From positions 1 through 64,000 of the IMG/VR virus record IMGVR_UViG_3300044716_000844: DNA of 64,000 nucleotides. One strand, 5' to 3'. The position numbers and the translations under genes are program-made. Positions 39,786 through 50,191 of the stretch are shown piece after piece. Each line of letters opens with the position of its first letter. Within the stretch, counting starts at the first letter, position 1. The stretch is from a virus. The notes beneath the pieces were generated by a model. The model had not been told where the DNA came from. It saw only the letters and a program-made list of their open reading frames with translations, and did not search any database.

Positions 39786-40485
39786 GATTAAGCAAATATA
39801 TCACGTAGCAAGATGCGGATCCACTCTCATGGGTTCGCTTCTTTCAACAGTTTCTAAGACCTATCTCGAGCCTGAACATGGTATTGAGATGGCTAATACT
39901 GGAAAGATATACGATCAATACGAAGGTTCTGTAGTAAAATTTCAAAGCTTGTCTTTAATGAAACCTATACTGTTAAATGGACCAAAAGTATTTCTGTATC
40001 GGCCACTCGCTCAACACTTACACAAAATATCCAACGTACAGTCATATTGGTTAACCTTTCGGGCTGAATACTTAAGGACAAACTACAAGGAATATGACGT
40101 ATGGACTCCAACTTCTGATATAGAAATGATAGCTTATCACTGGATTCGATCAGTTCATGAGATGTCTCAACATACCAATGTGTTATGGATTGAATCGAAC
40201 AATTTGTTTATGCAACCAAAAATGACTATGGATTCTGTTTGTGACCATTTTAATTTTCCTAAGATTAGTGATTTTTCATTATCGCAAGTTGATGTTAAGA
40301 AAATGATGATCAACGGTAGATCTAGTGCGTGTGAGATAAATATAGCAGAAGCAACTCGTGTTTCAGTTGATCATGGCGTCATTCATACAAATGAAGCATC
40401 TACTGAAATTTTTAGTTTATGTAATATGATCGGAGAAACGTATAAGGTTTCTAATTCACTATTATACGGCAACAACGAATATTAG
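39766..40485 (+). CDS. Sulfotransferase-like protein
   Basis: N-terminal HVARCGSTLMGSLL (5'-PSB-like RxGST); FLYRP (3'-PB-like). Confidence 0.55.
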   Translation: MIKKLHEIKQIYHVARCGSTLMGSLLSTVSKTYLEPEHGIEMANTGKIYDQYEGSVVKFQSLSLMKPILLNGPKVFLYRPLAQHLHKISNVQSYWLTFRAEYLRTNYKEYDVWTPTSDIEMIAYHWIRSVHEMSQHTNVLWIESNNLFMQPKMTMDSVCDHFNFPKISDFSLSQVDVKKMMINGRSSACEINIAEATRVSVDHGVIHTNEASTEIFSLCNMIGETYKVSNSLLYGNNEY

Positions 40486-40496
40486 GAATGTATTAA

Positions 40497-41462
40497 ATGC
40501 CAGTTACAATCAATGGAACAACAGGTATTGCTGGAGCAAACGGCTCTGCTACCACTCCAGCCGTGCAGGGCGGGGACAATAACACTGGTATCTTCTTCCC
40601 AGCAGCTGACACAATTGCTTTTGCTGAGGGTGGGTCCGAGGTCGCGCGGTTTGACAGTAGCGGGAACCTTGTTATTGGTACGACTACCGCACTCAAAAGA
40701 TTGACTACTGCTAGTAGTACTGATGGCGAAGGTATTGCCATTTGGAATCCAAGTACAGGTGCCACCACCGCCAAAAACACAAACCTCGCATTCTATTCAA
40801 CAGACACTGTTGGTACAACAAAAGAAACTGCTAGTATTATTACGGTTCTTGCTGATAGTAACGCTGTCAACAGTGCCCTTTCTTTTAGAACAAGAGGGTC
40901 TGACTCTAATACAGAACGCATGAGGATCGCCTCTACTGGTGATATAACTCAACTTAACGCTACATCTGGGGCTGGTGCTATTGTAGGCGAACAGACGTTC
41001 CGCCGGACGGCTGATGGAACTGCAATTGGACCTGCTATCGCTGACTTCTTTGGTGCTACTTCGGCGATATCATTAGAAGCATTGTCAGTTTACGAGATCA
41101 TAGCTTATCTAGTGTTTACGAAAACTACTGCCGGCACGATTACCCTTACTATGGCTGCATCATCTGCGCAGAATCGTATGGCAGGAATTTATATAGGATC
41201 GCCTCTAACTGGTATTGGTGCAGGCAGCCCACAGTGGGGCTCTGCAGGATCACAAGGAGCCACTACAGCCCCGTTTGTCACAACTGGTTCTCTTACTACT
41301 GGAGTTAACCATGTATTCCAATTAAATATGCAAGTACAAACGATACTTACATCAAGCTGGAGATTACAAATTACTAGCTCTGCTGGTACTGTAACACCTT
41401 TAGCTGGTTCATATTACACCGTGAAGAAGATTAGCGCCACAACCGGCACGTTTGTATCATAA
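40497..41462 (+). CDS. Short tail-fibre-like protein
   Basis: NTGIFFPAADTIAF...EVARFDSSGNLVIGTT; TERMRI. Confidence 0.65.
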   Translation: MPVTINGTTGIAGANGSATTPAVQGGDNNTGIFFPAADTIAFAEGGSEVARFDSSGNLVIGTTTALKRLTTASSTDGEGIAIWNPSTGATTAKNTNLAFYSTDTVGTTKETASIITVLADSNAVNSALSFRTRGSDSNTERMRIASTGDITQLNATSGAGAIVGEQTFRRTADGTAIGPAIADFFGATSAISLEALSVYEIIAYLVFTKTTAGTITLTMAASSAQNRMAGIYIGSPLTGIGAGSPQWGSAGSQGATTAPFVTTGSLTTGVNHVFQLNMQVQTILTSSWRLQITSSAGTVTPLAGSYYTVKKISATTGTFVS

Positions 41463-41471
41463 GGAATAATC

Positions 41472-43145
41472 ATGCCAATCAATTTTCCAAATACACCAGC
41501 AACAAATGACGTGTATCTCGCTCCAAACGGGATCGAATACATTTACACAGGTGCTAAGTGGACGCCCTTTAAACCGGTTGAGCCAACAATTGGTGTAATC
41601 ACTGCTTCGAGCCAACTAGACCTGTCTGCAGGTGGTACAAACCAAAACGTCGTGATCTCTCCATCTGGTTCTGGCAATATTCAACTTGCTGGAAATGTTG
41701 GCATCGGCACCATCACTCCAGCGACCAAGATGGAAGTTTCAGGCGATACGTCTCTCGCCTGCGTCTTTACGGCCACGGTCACGGACACAACCCTTGACGT
41801 AACCGCAGTCTCCAGCGGCGCTTTGGCTGTCGGTCAGTATCTGGGTTCTGCAAACGGTCGCGTCCGCATCACTGCGCTCGGCACGGGTACGGGTGGTGTC
41901 GGTACCTACACCATCGACACCAACCAGAATGGTCTTACGTTCAACAGAAGCTACGTTGCTGACCCCACGACAACGCGCTTGGGGAACTCGCAGGCATCCA
42001 TTTTCTCTAACATGCCACACGGGACGCTCGAGTTTGCTTCGGGTGTATCTACCGCCGGGCCGCGGGCCTACATTCAGGCTCAGGTGGGGCCAAGTACCCT
42101 CCCGACCCAGCTGGCAACTATGCTTTTCGGCGTCGGGGCCAATAACGGGGCTGCTCCTCCAAGAACTGCACTGAGCCTTGCTGCAACAGGCAGCTTGTTC
42201 CCAAGCGGCATATCCCTCGGTCAACCGTCTCTATCTCCACGCAATCTGAACATCGCCCCGGCTACGATTGTATTTGGCGGTCGTTCCCAGTCCATCTACA
42301 CGTCAGGTGCCAGCCTTTCCAGCCTCAACTTCAGCACCAGCTACATCGACGCCAGCGTGGAGACCACTGCCGCCTACGGCCAGATCGGCTACGTCGTAGA
42401 CAGCTCGATCACCTCGGGCCAGCTCCCGGCGAACTTCTACATCCAGACTCGCAACTCTGGTGGCGTACTAGCTGAACGCTTCCGTATCACTGCCACCGGC
42501 GATGTAGGTATTGGCACAACATTACCGACTGAAAAACTGGAAGTAGCTGGTAATATCCAAGCAATCGTCAATGGAGGAGCCTCATCTGTCCTCGCAGTGT
42601 CTGGAACATCAACAGACTACTCTTTTCTTCGTCTTCGTCAGACGGCTACAGAAAGTCGCATCGAGAGTGCTGCTGTCGGAACTGGTACGGCCTCTCCTAT
42701 TACATTTTTTGCTGGTGCCAGTGAACGATTACGTATCGCCTTGGCCGGGCAGCTAGGCATCGGCGGGGAGAACTATGGTACGTCGGGCCAAGTGCTGACA
42801 TCTGGTGGACCAAGCGCAGCACCGAGTTGGACTACATTGTCATCAGCAGCTCCAACAACTGCTCAAGTTGGTACTGCCACGGCGGGTTTAGCGGTTGGTG
42901 ATGTTGGTTCTTATGCACTCCTTTGGCATAATACTACTGCCGCAGAAACTCCAGGGACCACCGTTGCAGGATCAACCCTGCGCTATGCTAGTACTACCAC
43001 AGATGCAACAAACCCACTCGTCGGCTATGGCCCAACAGCTCCCGCTGGTACTTGGAGATGTATGGGCCATACCGCGGTGCAAGGCGGGGGCACCGCTTAT
43101 GCATTCACCATATCAAACGTAACAGTCTGGTTAAGGATATCTTAA
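41472..43145 (+). CDS. Tail fibre protein (receptor-binding candidate)
   Basis: INFPNTP N-terminus; GNVGIGT motifs; C-terminal VGSYA...GTWRCMG...VWLRIS; followed by a chaperone gene. Confidence 0.7.
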   Translation: MPINFPNTPATNDVYLAPNGIEYIYTGAKWTPFKPVEPTIGVITASSQLDLSAGGTNQNVVISPSGSGNIQLAGNVGIGTITPATKMEVSGDTSLACVFTATVTDTTLDVTAVSSGALAVGQYLGSANGRVRITALGTGTGGVGTYTIDTNQNGLTFNRSYVADPTTTRLGNSQASIFSNMPHGTLEFASGVSTAGPRAYIQAQVGPSTLPTQLATMLFGVGANNGAAPPRTALSLAATGSLFPSGISLGQPSLSPRNLNIAPATIVFGGRSQSIYTSGASLSSLNFSTSYIDASVETTAAYGQIGYVVDSSITSGQLPANFYIQTRNSGGVLAERFRITATGDVGIGTTLPTEKLEVAGNIQAIVNGGASSVLAVSGTSTDYSFLRLRQTATESRIESAAVGTGTASPITFFAGASERLRIALAGQLGIGGENYGTSGQVLTSGGPSAAPSWTTLSSAAPTTAQVGTATAGLAVGDVGSYALLWHNTTAAETPGTTVAGSTLRYASTTTDATNPLVGYGPTAPAGTWRCMGHTAVQGGGTAYAFTISNVTVWLRIS

Positions 43146-43146
43146 T

Positions 43147-43548
43147 ATGAATTATAGAAACGCAAAAAAATTAGCAAATAATCGCATAGACTGTGAGATC
43201 GAACATGAGAAATTCGGGTGGATACCGTTCACCTGCGATCCTAACGACACTGGGGCCTTGTTTGATGCTGCTGCGCTTCACGCTACGATGGATGCAGACC
43301 CTGCGACCGAAGCTTATGTTCCGCCAACGCAAGCAGAGCTTGATGCGGCAGCAGGCGCTGCAGTGAGGGTGCAACGGGACTACCTGCTGTCAGCAGAGGT
43401 TGACCCTATCGTCAGCAACCCTCTCCGTTGGGCCGATCTAAGCGCAGAGAAGCAGGCCGAGTGGACCGCATATCGCCGCGCGCTGCTCGACATCACAGTG
43501 CAGTCGGGCTTCCCGCACTCAGTAATCTGGCCCATCAAACCAGAGTAA
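43147..43548 (+). CDS. Tail fibre assembly chaperone (Tfa-like)
   Basis: IDCEIEH..FGWIPFT...RDYLL...WTAYRRALLDITVQSGFP..VIWPIKP. Confidence 0.8.
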   Translation: MNYRNAKKLANNRIDCEIEHEKFGWIPFTCDPNDTGALFDAAALHATMDADPATEAYVPPTQAELDAAAGAAVRVQRDYLLSAEVDPIVSNPLRWADLSAEKQAEWTAYRRALLDITVQSGFPHSVIWPIKPE

Positions 43549-43557
43549 AACTATTGT

Positions 43558-43565
43558 TATAAATA
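43558..43565 (+). promoter_or_regulatory. T4-type late promoter
   Basis: Intergenic TATAAATA upstream of gp13. Confidence 0.85.
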
Positions 43566-43596
43566 TCTAATAGATATTCATCAAAGGATCTGTCCC

Positions 43597-44337
43597 ATGG
43601 CACAACCAACGACTAGAGCAGAATTTAAAGAGTGGTGCCTACGTAAGTTAGGTAAGCCTGTTATTGAAATCAACGTTGATGACGATCAGATCGATGATCG
43701 TATCGACGAAGCGCTCACGTATTACTGGGACTATCACTTCGATGGTACCGAAAAGATGTATGTCAAGCGCCAGGTCACTCAACAAGATAAAGATAACGGA
43801 TATGTTCCAGTCGCAGATAATATCATTGGTGTTGTAAACTTGTTCCCGATTCAAGGTAATTTGACCGGGTCCGGTATTTTTAGCGCGACATATCAATTTG
43901 TTCTGAACAACCTCCATGACTTTGTTAACTATGATCTAATCAACTATTATATGTCTTTCCAGTATCTTGCGTTCATGCAAGAGATTCTAACTGGGCGTCA
44001 ACCTATTCGCTATAATCGTCATATGAACAAATTATACATCGATATGAATAAAGACAAGATTGAAGTGGGAGACTTTATTGTATACGAATGCTATCAGGTT
44101 GTAGACCCTGCGGTGTATACAGATGTTTGGAAAGATCGTTGGTTGCAGAACTATGCAACAGCAAAGATCAAGTATCAGTGGGGTTCAAACCTCACGAAAT
44201 TCATCGGAATGAATTTACCAGGAAACGTTCAATTCAACGGCGAGAGAATTCTTCAAGACGCTCAAGAAGAAATCCAGAGAATGGAACAAGAGATGATTAG
44301 CTCATACTCACTTCCTGTCCATGACCTTGTAGGATAA
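43597..44337 (+). CDS. gp13: Neck protein gp13
   Basis: LRKLGKPVIEINVDDDQIDDRIDEAL; WLQNYATAKIKYQWGSNLTKF; T4 synteny. Confidence 0.92.
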   Translation: MAQPTTRAEFKEWCLRKLGKPVIEINVDDDQIDDRIDEALTYYWDYHFDGTEKMYVKRQVTQQDKDNGYVPVADNIIGVVNLFPIQGNLTGSGIFSATYQFVLNNLHDFVNYDLINYYMSFQYLAFMQEILTGRQPIRYNRHMNKLYIDMNKDKIEVGDFIVYECYQVVDPAVYTDVWKDRWLQNYATAKIKYQWGSNLTKFIGMNLPGNVQFNGERILQDAQEEIQRMEQEMISSYSLPVHDLVG

Positions 44338-44341
44338 TGAA

Positions 44342-45001
44342 GTGGCTACAAATTTTTACTTCAACAACTTTACGAACTCGGGTGAGCAACGTCTTATTGA
44401 AGACTTGATCATTGAAAGCATTCGTATCCATGGTATTGATGTATGGTACATCCCGCATAAGTTCGGAGCTCTTGATGATCTCTTAAACGAAGATGATCTT
44501 CCTTACTACGATGATGCTTATATGGTTGAAATGTACATCAAGAATGTCGAAGGATTCCAGGGTGACGGCGACTTCTTGAGCAAGTTTGGTCTACAGATCA
44601 ATGACTCAATGACTCTTACAATCTCGATGAGAAAGTTTCTTGAAGATGTTGCGTTGTTTAACGAAAAGGTTAGACCAAACGAAGGCGATCTGATCTACTT
44701 CCCGCTCAACAATAAGATCTTTGAGATTAAACACGTTGAGCATGAAGCGATCTTCTATCAAATGGGTTCGCTTCAGACGTATGATCTTCGTGTTGAACTC
44801 TTTGAATACTCAAACGAAAGATTCAATACTGGTATTCTAGAGATTGATACTTGGGCGAATCAGTTCAAGACGACTTCGAATACTTCGATTCAGGCAATTG
44901 ATCTGTTTGATCCTCTTGCAGATAACTTTACGATTGAGACTGAGGCAAACACTATTCTAGATTTTACCGAGGCAAATCCATTCGGGGATGATATCTACTA
45001 A
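44342..45001 (+). CDS. gp14: Neck/head completion protein gp14
   Basis: EQRLIEDLIIESI; LSKFGLQ; RPNEGDLIYFP; NPFG. Confidence 0.92.
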   Translation: MATNFYFNNFTNSGEQRLIEDLIIESIRIHGIDVWYIPHKFGALDDLLNEDDLPYYDDAYMVEMYIKNVEGFQGDGDFLSKFGLQINDSMTLTISMRKFLEDVALFNEKVRPNEGDLIYFPLNNKIFEIKHVEHEAIFYQMGSLQTYDLRVELFEYSNERFNTGILEIDTWANQFKTTSNTSIQAIDLFDPLADNFTIETEANTILDFTEANPFGDDIY

Positions 45002-45804
45002 TGTTCGGTACTCAATTTTACAATCAAACAACTCGTCGGTACGTAGCAATATTTGGTACGCTCTTCAATGATATTACAATTGATAGAAGAGACTCGAATG
45101 GTGCAGTCGTTCAAGCAATGAAGGTGCCATTAAACTACGGGCCAATGGAACGATTCCTTGCTCGGATTCAGCAAGATCCTGACCTTACTGCTCCAGCGAT
45201 TCGACTCCCTCGTATGTCATTTGAAATGGTATCGATGTCTTACGATCCAGAACGTAAGCTAACTCCTACGACGTACTCTGTAAAGGGTATAGCGAATAAC
45301 GATAGCGCAGTAAAGACTCAATATACTCCTGCTCCGTACGACCTCGAATTTCAACTGAATATTATGGTCAAGTATGCAGAAGATGGCACAAAGATCATCG
45401 AACAGATCCTTCCATTCTTTAAACCGGAGTTTACTGTTACTGCGAGATTAGTTGATGGAATGGATGTTCTTGTGGATATTCCCATTGTACTTAATTCAAT
45501 AAACGTTGAGGACACGTATGAGGGGTCTTATGAAGAAAGACGTGCTATCATATGGACACTTAACTTTACGCTAAAGGGCTATTACTATGGACCAGTCACT
45601 CAGCGCAAGATTATTAAGTTTGCGAATACTGACATTTACTCTACAATGGCTGCGACTGATCCTATTTCGAGAGTCATAGTTCGACCGGGCTTAACCGCAA
45701 ATGGCCAGCCTACAACAGATATTAATCAAACTGTAGCTTATTCTGCTATTAACATAGATGATGATTGGGACTACATAGTGCAAATAGTGGATCCAAATGA
45801 CTAA
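45001..45804 (+). CDS. gp15: Tail sheath stabiliser/terminator gp15
   Basis: FGTLFNDI; LPRMSFE; IIEQILPFFKP; WTLNFTLKGY. Confidence 0.92.
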   Translation: MFGTQFYNQTTRRYVAIFGTLFNDITIDRRDSNGAVVQAMKVPLNYGPMERFLARIQQDPDLTAPAIRLPRMSFEMVSMSYDPERKLTPTTYSVKGIANNDSAVKTQYTPAPYDLEFQLNIMVKYAEDGTKIIEQILPFFKPEFTVTARLVDGMDVLVDIPIVLNSINVEDTYEGSYEERRAIIWTLNFTLKGYYYGPVTQRKIIKFANTDIYSTMAATDPISRVIVRPGLTANGQPTTDINQTVAYSAINIDDDWDYIVQIVDPND

Positions 45805-46309
45805 AGATGTGCTTGGAAAGTATCTCGGATTGCCTCCTATTGGCGCAGTTGAAGATGCCGAAATTGTTGAAGATAAACCTATCGTGAAAAAGATGTCACC
45901 TGATGCTTCTCACCTTTCAAAGAAGCTATCATCGAATCTTCCAAAGGAACCAGAGAAACCTTTGACACGCAGTGAACAGGCTGAGAATGATTACGACTAT
46001 GCTCGTGAGAACATGTACAACGTAATTGAAAAGGGAACTAGCGCGCTTGAAGATCTACTTGGTGTAGCTACTCAATCACAGCACCCTCGTGCTTACGAGG
46101 TATTAGCTACGACGATGAAAACTCTTGTTGATGCTAATAAAGAACTTGTTCAACTATCAAAGAAAAAAGTTGAAGAAGAAAAGAATAATGATGAACCTCA
46201 GAGTGGATCTGGTGGTAACGTGACAAATAACAATCTATTCGTCGGTACTACGCATGATCTGCTGAAGGTTTTAGCGGACATGAGGAAAAATGGACAACCA
46301 AACTCCTAA
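45797..46309 (+). CDS. gp16: Terminase small subunit gp16
   Basis: DYDYARENM; HPRAYEV; NNNLFVGTT. Confidence 0.88.
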   Translation: MTKDVLGKYLGLPPIGAVEDAEIVEDKPIVKKMSPDASHLSKKLSSNLPKEPEKPLTRSEQAENDYDYARENMYNVIEKGTSALEDLLGVATQSQHPRAYEVLATTMKTLVDANKELVQLSKKKVEEEKNNDEPQSGSGGNVTNNNLFVGTTHDLLKVLADMRKNGQPNS

Positions 46310-47927
46310 ATCAGAGAAGGGTTACTTAGGTAATAACCTTCTTAAACGCATTGGTCAAGAACAAAATTGGACTTCTGAGCAACTAGCTGAAATGGCTAAG
46401 TGTATGATGGATCCTATTTACTTTGCTGAGAATTACATTAAAATTGTACATGTTGACCGTGGTTTGATTCCTCTTCAGATGTATGATTACCAGAAAGATA
46501 TCGCTACGAAGATCTTCAACAGTCGTCGTGTCGCTGTACTTACTGCACGTCAGGCTGGTAAGACTACTACTGCAGTCGCTATCATTCTACACTATATCAT
46601 CTTTAATGAACACAAAAATGTTGGTATTCTTTCAAATAAAGGCGAAGGTTCAAAGGAAGTTCTTGAGCGTATTAAGTTAGCATACGAAAATTTACCGAAG
46701 TGGATGCAGCACGGAATCCTTGAATGGAATAAGAACTCAATTGAACTTGAGAACGGATGTAAGATCTACGCAGGTACAACCACATCAAGCTCAATTCGTG
46801 GTAAGTCAATTGCTTTCCTTTACATTGACGAATGTGCTTTCGTAGAAGGATACGATGAATTCTTCGCTTCAGTTTATCCTACTATCTCATCTGGTACTGA
46901 AACTAAGCTACTCATGACTTCTACACCAAATGGTCTCAATCACTTCTTCAAGATCTGTGAAGGTGCAAAGCAAGGTACAAATGGTTATCAATACACCGAA
47001 GTTACATGGGATCTTGTACCTGGTCGTGGTGAGGCATGGAAGCAAGAGACTCTTGAAGCACTGAACTTCGACCAAGAGAAGTTCGCGCAAGAATATGAGT
47101 GTCAGTTCCTTGGTTCATCTGGTACTCTTATCGACGGTGCAACGCTCAAGTATCTTCAGTCAGCATATCGAGAACCATTACACGAGTCACAAGGCCTTGC
47201 GCTTTACGAGAGACCTGAAAAAGGAAAGACTTATGTATGTATTGCTGACGTCTCTCGTGGAAAGGGATTAGACTATTCAGCATTCCATATTATTGATGTA
47301 TCGAGTATGCCGTATAAACAAGTAGCAAGATACCGCAATAATTACGTAACACCTGTTGATTATGCAGATGTTATTTTTAGAACAACTAAATCATATAATG
47401 ATGCCTACGTACTTATCGAAATCAACGACATTGGTGGTCAAGTTTCTGATACTCTGCACTTTGACTTCGAGGTTGAAACACTGTTATATACTGAATCTGC
47501 TGGTAGATCGGGTAAACGAATCTCAGGCGGTTTTGGATCAAACGTAGATAAAGGTATTCGTACGACCAAACAAGTAAAAGCGATGGGTTGTTCTGTTTTA
47601 AAACTGTTGTGCGAACAGAAACAACTCCAGGTTGTAGACTTCAATACGATCAACGAACTATCGACGTTCTCACGTAGAGGAGTTTCTTATGAAGCAGAAG
47701 CAGGATGCCATGACGATCTGGTCATGGGCTTAGTTCTGTTTTCATGGTTAACTACACAAACATTCTTTAAAGAGATTACCGATATTAATACTATGATGAG
47801 GCTTCGAGAAAAAACTGATGAACAAATTATGGATGAGTTGCTGCCATTTGGTTTAACCTATGACGATATTGAGCATGTAGAAGAAGTAAGGATGCCGTCG
47901 AGAGACGCGTGGCTAAGTGATTGGTAA
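46290..47927 (+). CDS. gp17: Terminase large subunit gp17
   Basis: ARQAGKTT (Walker A); LYIDECAF; STPNGLNHF; DVSRGKGLDYS; HDDLVM. Confidence 0.96.
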   Translation: MDNQTPKSEKGYLGNNLLKRIGQEQNWTSEQLAEMAKCMMDPIYFAENYIKIVHVDRGLIPLQMYDYQKDIATKIFNSRRVAVLTARQAGKTTTAVAIILHYIIFNEHKNVGILSNKGEGSKEVLERIKLAYENLPKWMQHGILEWNKNSIELENGCKIYAGTTTSSSIRGKSIAFLYIDECAFVEGYDEFFASVYPTISSGTETKLLMTSTPNGLNHFFKICEGAKQGTNGYQYTEVTWDLVPGRGEAWKQETLEALNFDQEKFAQEYECQFLGSSGTLIDGATLKYLQSAYREPLHESQGLALYERPEKGKTYVCIADVSRGKGLDYSAFHIIDVSSMPYKQVARYRNNYVTPVDYADVIFRTTKSYNDAYVLIEINDIGGQVSDTLHFDFEVETLLYTESAGRSGKRISGGFGSNVDKGIRTTKQVKAMGCSVLKLLCEQKQLQVVDFNTINELSTFSRRGVSYEAEAGCHDDLVMGLVLFSWLTTQTFFKEITDINTMMRLREKTDEQIMDELLPFGLTYDDIEHVEEVRMPSRDAWLSDW

Positions 47928-47937
47928 TTACTATTCT

Positions 47938-47945
47938 TATAAATA
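47938..47945 (+). promoter_or_regulatory. T4-type late promoter
   Basis: Intergenic TATAAATA upstream of gp18. Confidence 0.85.
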
Positions 47946-47991
47946 GAAAGAACAATTCTCTAAAATAATGCTCACAAAAGGAGATAACAAT

Positions 47992-49569
47992 ATGGCATTT
48001 CAACTAAGTCCAGGAATCAATGTATCTGAAATTGATTTAACAACAGTTGTGCCTGCGGTGTCGTCTACAACCGGCGCAATTGCTGGTGTTTTCACATGGG
48101 GTCCAACTGATGTTGCAACATTGGTTACGTCAGAGACTGATCTAGTAAATCGTTTTGGTAAGCCAGTAATCGGCTTTAACGAAGAAACATTTTTTACTGC
48201 TGCAGACTTTCTAGCATATGGTAATTCATTATACGTTGTACGTATATCAAGCGGTAATACCGCAACAACCGCTGTTGGATCTCCGGTTGGTGCTGGAGTA
48301 ACAGCAAAGCACAAAGGAACTTACGGTAATAGTCTAGCAATTGCAGTAGTTGGTTCATCTGGTGCTGCACTGTCAAACGCAGGCGCGGCTGCTGCTGCAG
48401 CTAAGCTACGTACACCAGCTACTGGTACCTATAACGTAATCGTTATGGATACTACTGCTAACGTTGCACTAGAAGCGTATGAGTCACTTTCTACAACGAG
48501 TACTGCGAAAAACGCTGATGGCTCCACTAACTATATTACAGAAGTAATTAGTCAAAAGTCTAAGTACATTGTTGCTCCTGCTGACGTCTCAGTCGCTATT
48601 GCTGGTGTTGGAGCATCTGCATCCATATACGCAGCTCTTTCTGGTGGAACAAACGGTTTAGACGAGAGTTCTTTATCTGTAGGCGCACTACAAGCTGGAT
48701 ATGCCCTATTCGCTTCTCCAGAAGATATTGATGTTTCACTTATTCTTGCCGGAGAAGCTAGAGGTACTGGAAACGGTACAGAGCTTGCAAACTGGATTGC
48801 TGACAACGTTGTTAGCGTAAGAAAAGATTGTGTACTCTTCGTTTCTCCAGAAAAAGCAGACGTAGTAAACAATGCTGGCAACGAAGTTACAGCAGTGAAA
48901 GCTTTCTCAGATGCACTACGCGATTCCTCATATATCGTTCTTGACTCTGGTTACAAGTACCGTTATGACCGTTACAACGACGTTTACATTCACACACCTT
49001 TGAATGGTGATGTCGCTGGTCTTTGCGCAAGAACTGATACCACACGTGATCCATGGTTCTCCCCTGCTGGATATAGCAGAGGTAACATCAAGAACATCAT
49101 TAAGCTAGCTTTCAATCCAAATAAGGCTCAGCGCGATGAACTTTACAAAAACTCGATCAACCCGATTATTACTCAACCGGGTCAAGGTACGATCTTGTTT
49201 GGAGATAAGACTCACTTGAATCAATCTTCAGCGTTTGACCGTATTAATGTACGTCGTCTATTCATTGTGCTTGAGAAAGCAATCTCTCGTGCATCACGCT
49301 CAACTCTCTTTGAATTCAACGACGAATTTACTCGCGCACAATTCAGAAACCTAATCGAGCCATTCCTTCGCGACGTACAGGGCCGCAGAGGTATCTTCGA
49401 CTTTAAAGTAGTTTGCGACGAAACAAATAACACATCAGAGGTTATCGATCGCAATGAATTTATCGGCGATATCTATATTAAGCCAGCACGTTCAATCAAC
49501 TTCATTCAACTTAACTTTATCGCTGTTAGAAGCGGTGTTGAGTTTGAAGAAATCATTGGTCAGCGCTAA
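47992..49569 (+). CDS. gp18: Tail sheath protein gp18
   Basis: Start MAFQLSPGINVSEID after AGGAG; PWFSPAG; FDRINVRRLF; KPARSINFIQLNF. Confidence 0.96.
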   Translation: MAFQLSPGINVSEIDLTTVVPAVSSTTGAIAGVFTWGPTDVATLVTSETDLVNRFGKPVIGFNEETFFTAADFLAYGNSLYVVRISSGNTATTAVGSPVGAGVTAKHKGTYGNSLAIAVVGSSGAALSNAGAAAAAAKLRTPATGTYNVIVMDTTANVALEAYESLSTTSTAKNADGSTNYITEVISQKSKYIVAPADVSVAIAGVGASASIYAALSGGTNGLDESSLSVGALQAGYALFASPEDIDVSLILAGEARGTGNGTELANWIADNVVSVRKDCVLFVSPEKADVVNNAGNEVTAVKAFSDALRDSSYIVLDSGYKYRYDRYNDVYIHTPLNGDVAGLCARTDTTRDPWFSPAGYSRGNIKNIIKLAFNPNKAQRDELYKNSINPIITQPGQGTILFGDKTHLNQSSAFDRINVRRLFIVLEKAISRASRSTLFEFNDEFTRAQFRNLIEPFLRDVQGRRGIFDFKVVCDETNNTSEVIDRNEFIGDIYIKPARSINFIQLNFIAVRSGVEFEEIIGQR

Positions 49570-49571
49570 GG

Positions 49572-49579
49572 TATAAATA
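49572..49579 (+). promoter_or_regulatory. T4-type late promoter
   Basis: TATAAATA between gp18 and gp19. Confidence 0.85.
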
Positions 49580-49600
49580 TCAGAAAGAAGGAGATAAAAA

Positions 49601-50155
49601 ATGGCTTTCAATATTAATGACCTTAGATCACAACTAACATTTGGAGGAGCGAAGACTACGCTCTTCCAAGTGCAGATCACGAACCCGATCAACGGTATCG
49701 CTGATATTAAAGTTCCGTTCATGGTTAAAGCAGCTCAGCTTCCAGGTTCTACTCTTGGTAACATCGAAGTTCCATACTTTGGCCGTAAGATTAAGATTGC
49801 TGGAGACAGAACGTTTGAACCATGGACTGTTACTGTAATCAATGACGAAGACTTCCTTGTCAGAAATGCTATGGAGTCTTGGATGTCGGCGATTAACTCA
49901 CACCAAGGTAACTTAACTGCACTTGGTAGCGCATCGCCACTTCAGTATAAGACTCAAGCACAAATCACACAGTTCTCTAAGACTGGTGTTCCACTTCGTG
50001 TATACAACTTTAACGGCCTATTCCCAACTGAAGTATCACCTATCGATATGTCATGGGAAGACACTGACCGTATTGAAGAATTCAGCGTAACGTTCCAGTA
50101 CGATTGGTGGGATATTAATGGTGGAATTACTGGGGATGCTGGCACTCGTGCTTAA
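49601..50155 (+). CDS. gp19: Tail tube protein gp19
   Basis: GRKIKIAGDRTFEPWTVTVINDEDF; IEEFSVTFQYDWW. Confidence 0.95.
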   Translation: MAFNINDLRSQLTFGGAKTTLFQVQITNPINGIADIKVPFMVKAAQLPGSTLGNIEVPYFGRKIKIAGDRTFEPWTVTVINDEDFLVRNAMESWMSAINSHQGNLTALGSASPLQYKTQAQITQFSKTGVPLRVYNFNGLFPTEVSPIDMSWEDTDRIEEFSVTFQYDWWDINGGITGDAGTRA

Positions 50156-50191
50156 TAGCTAAGCCAGTAACCACAGGAAAAGGAATTTATA

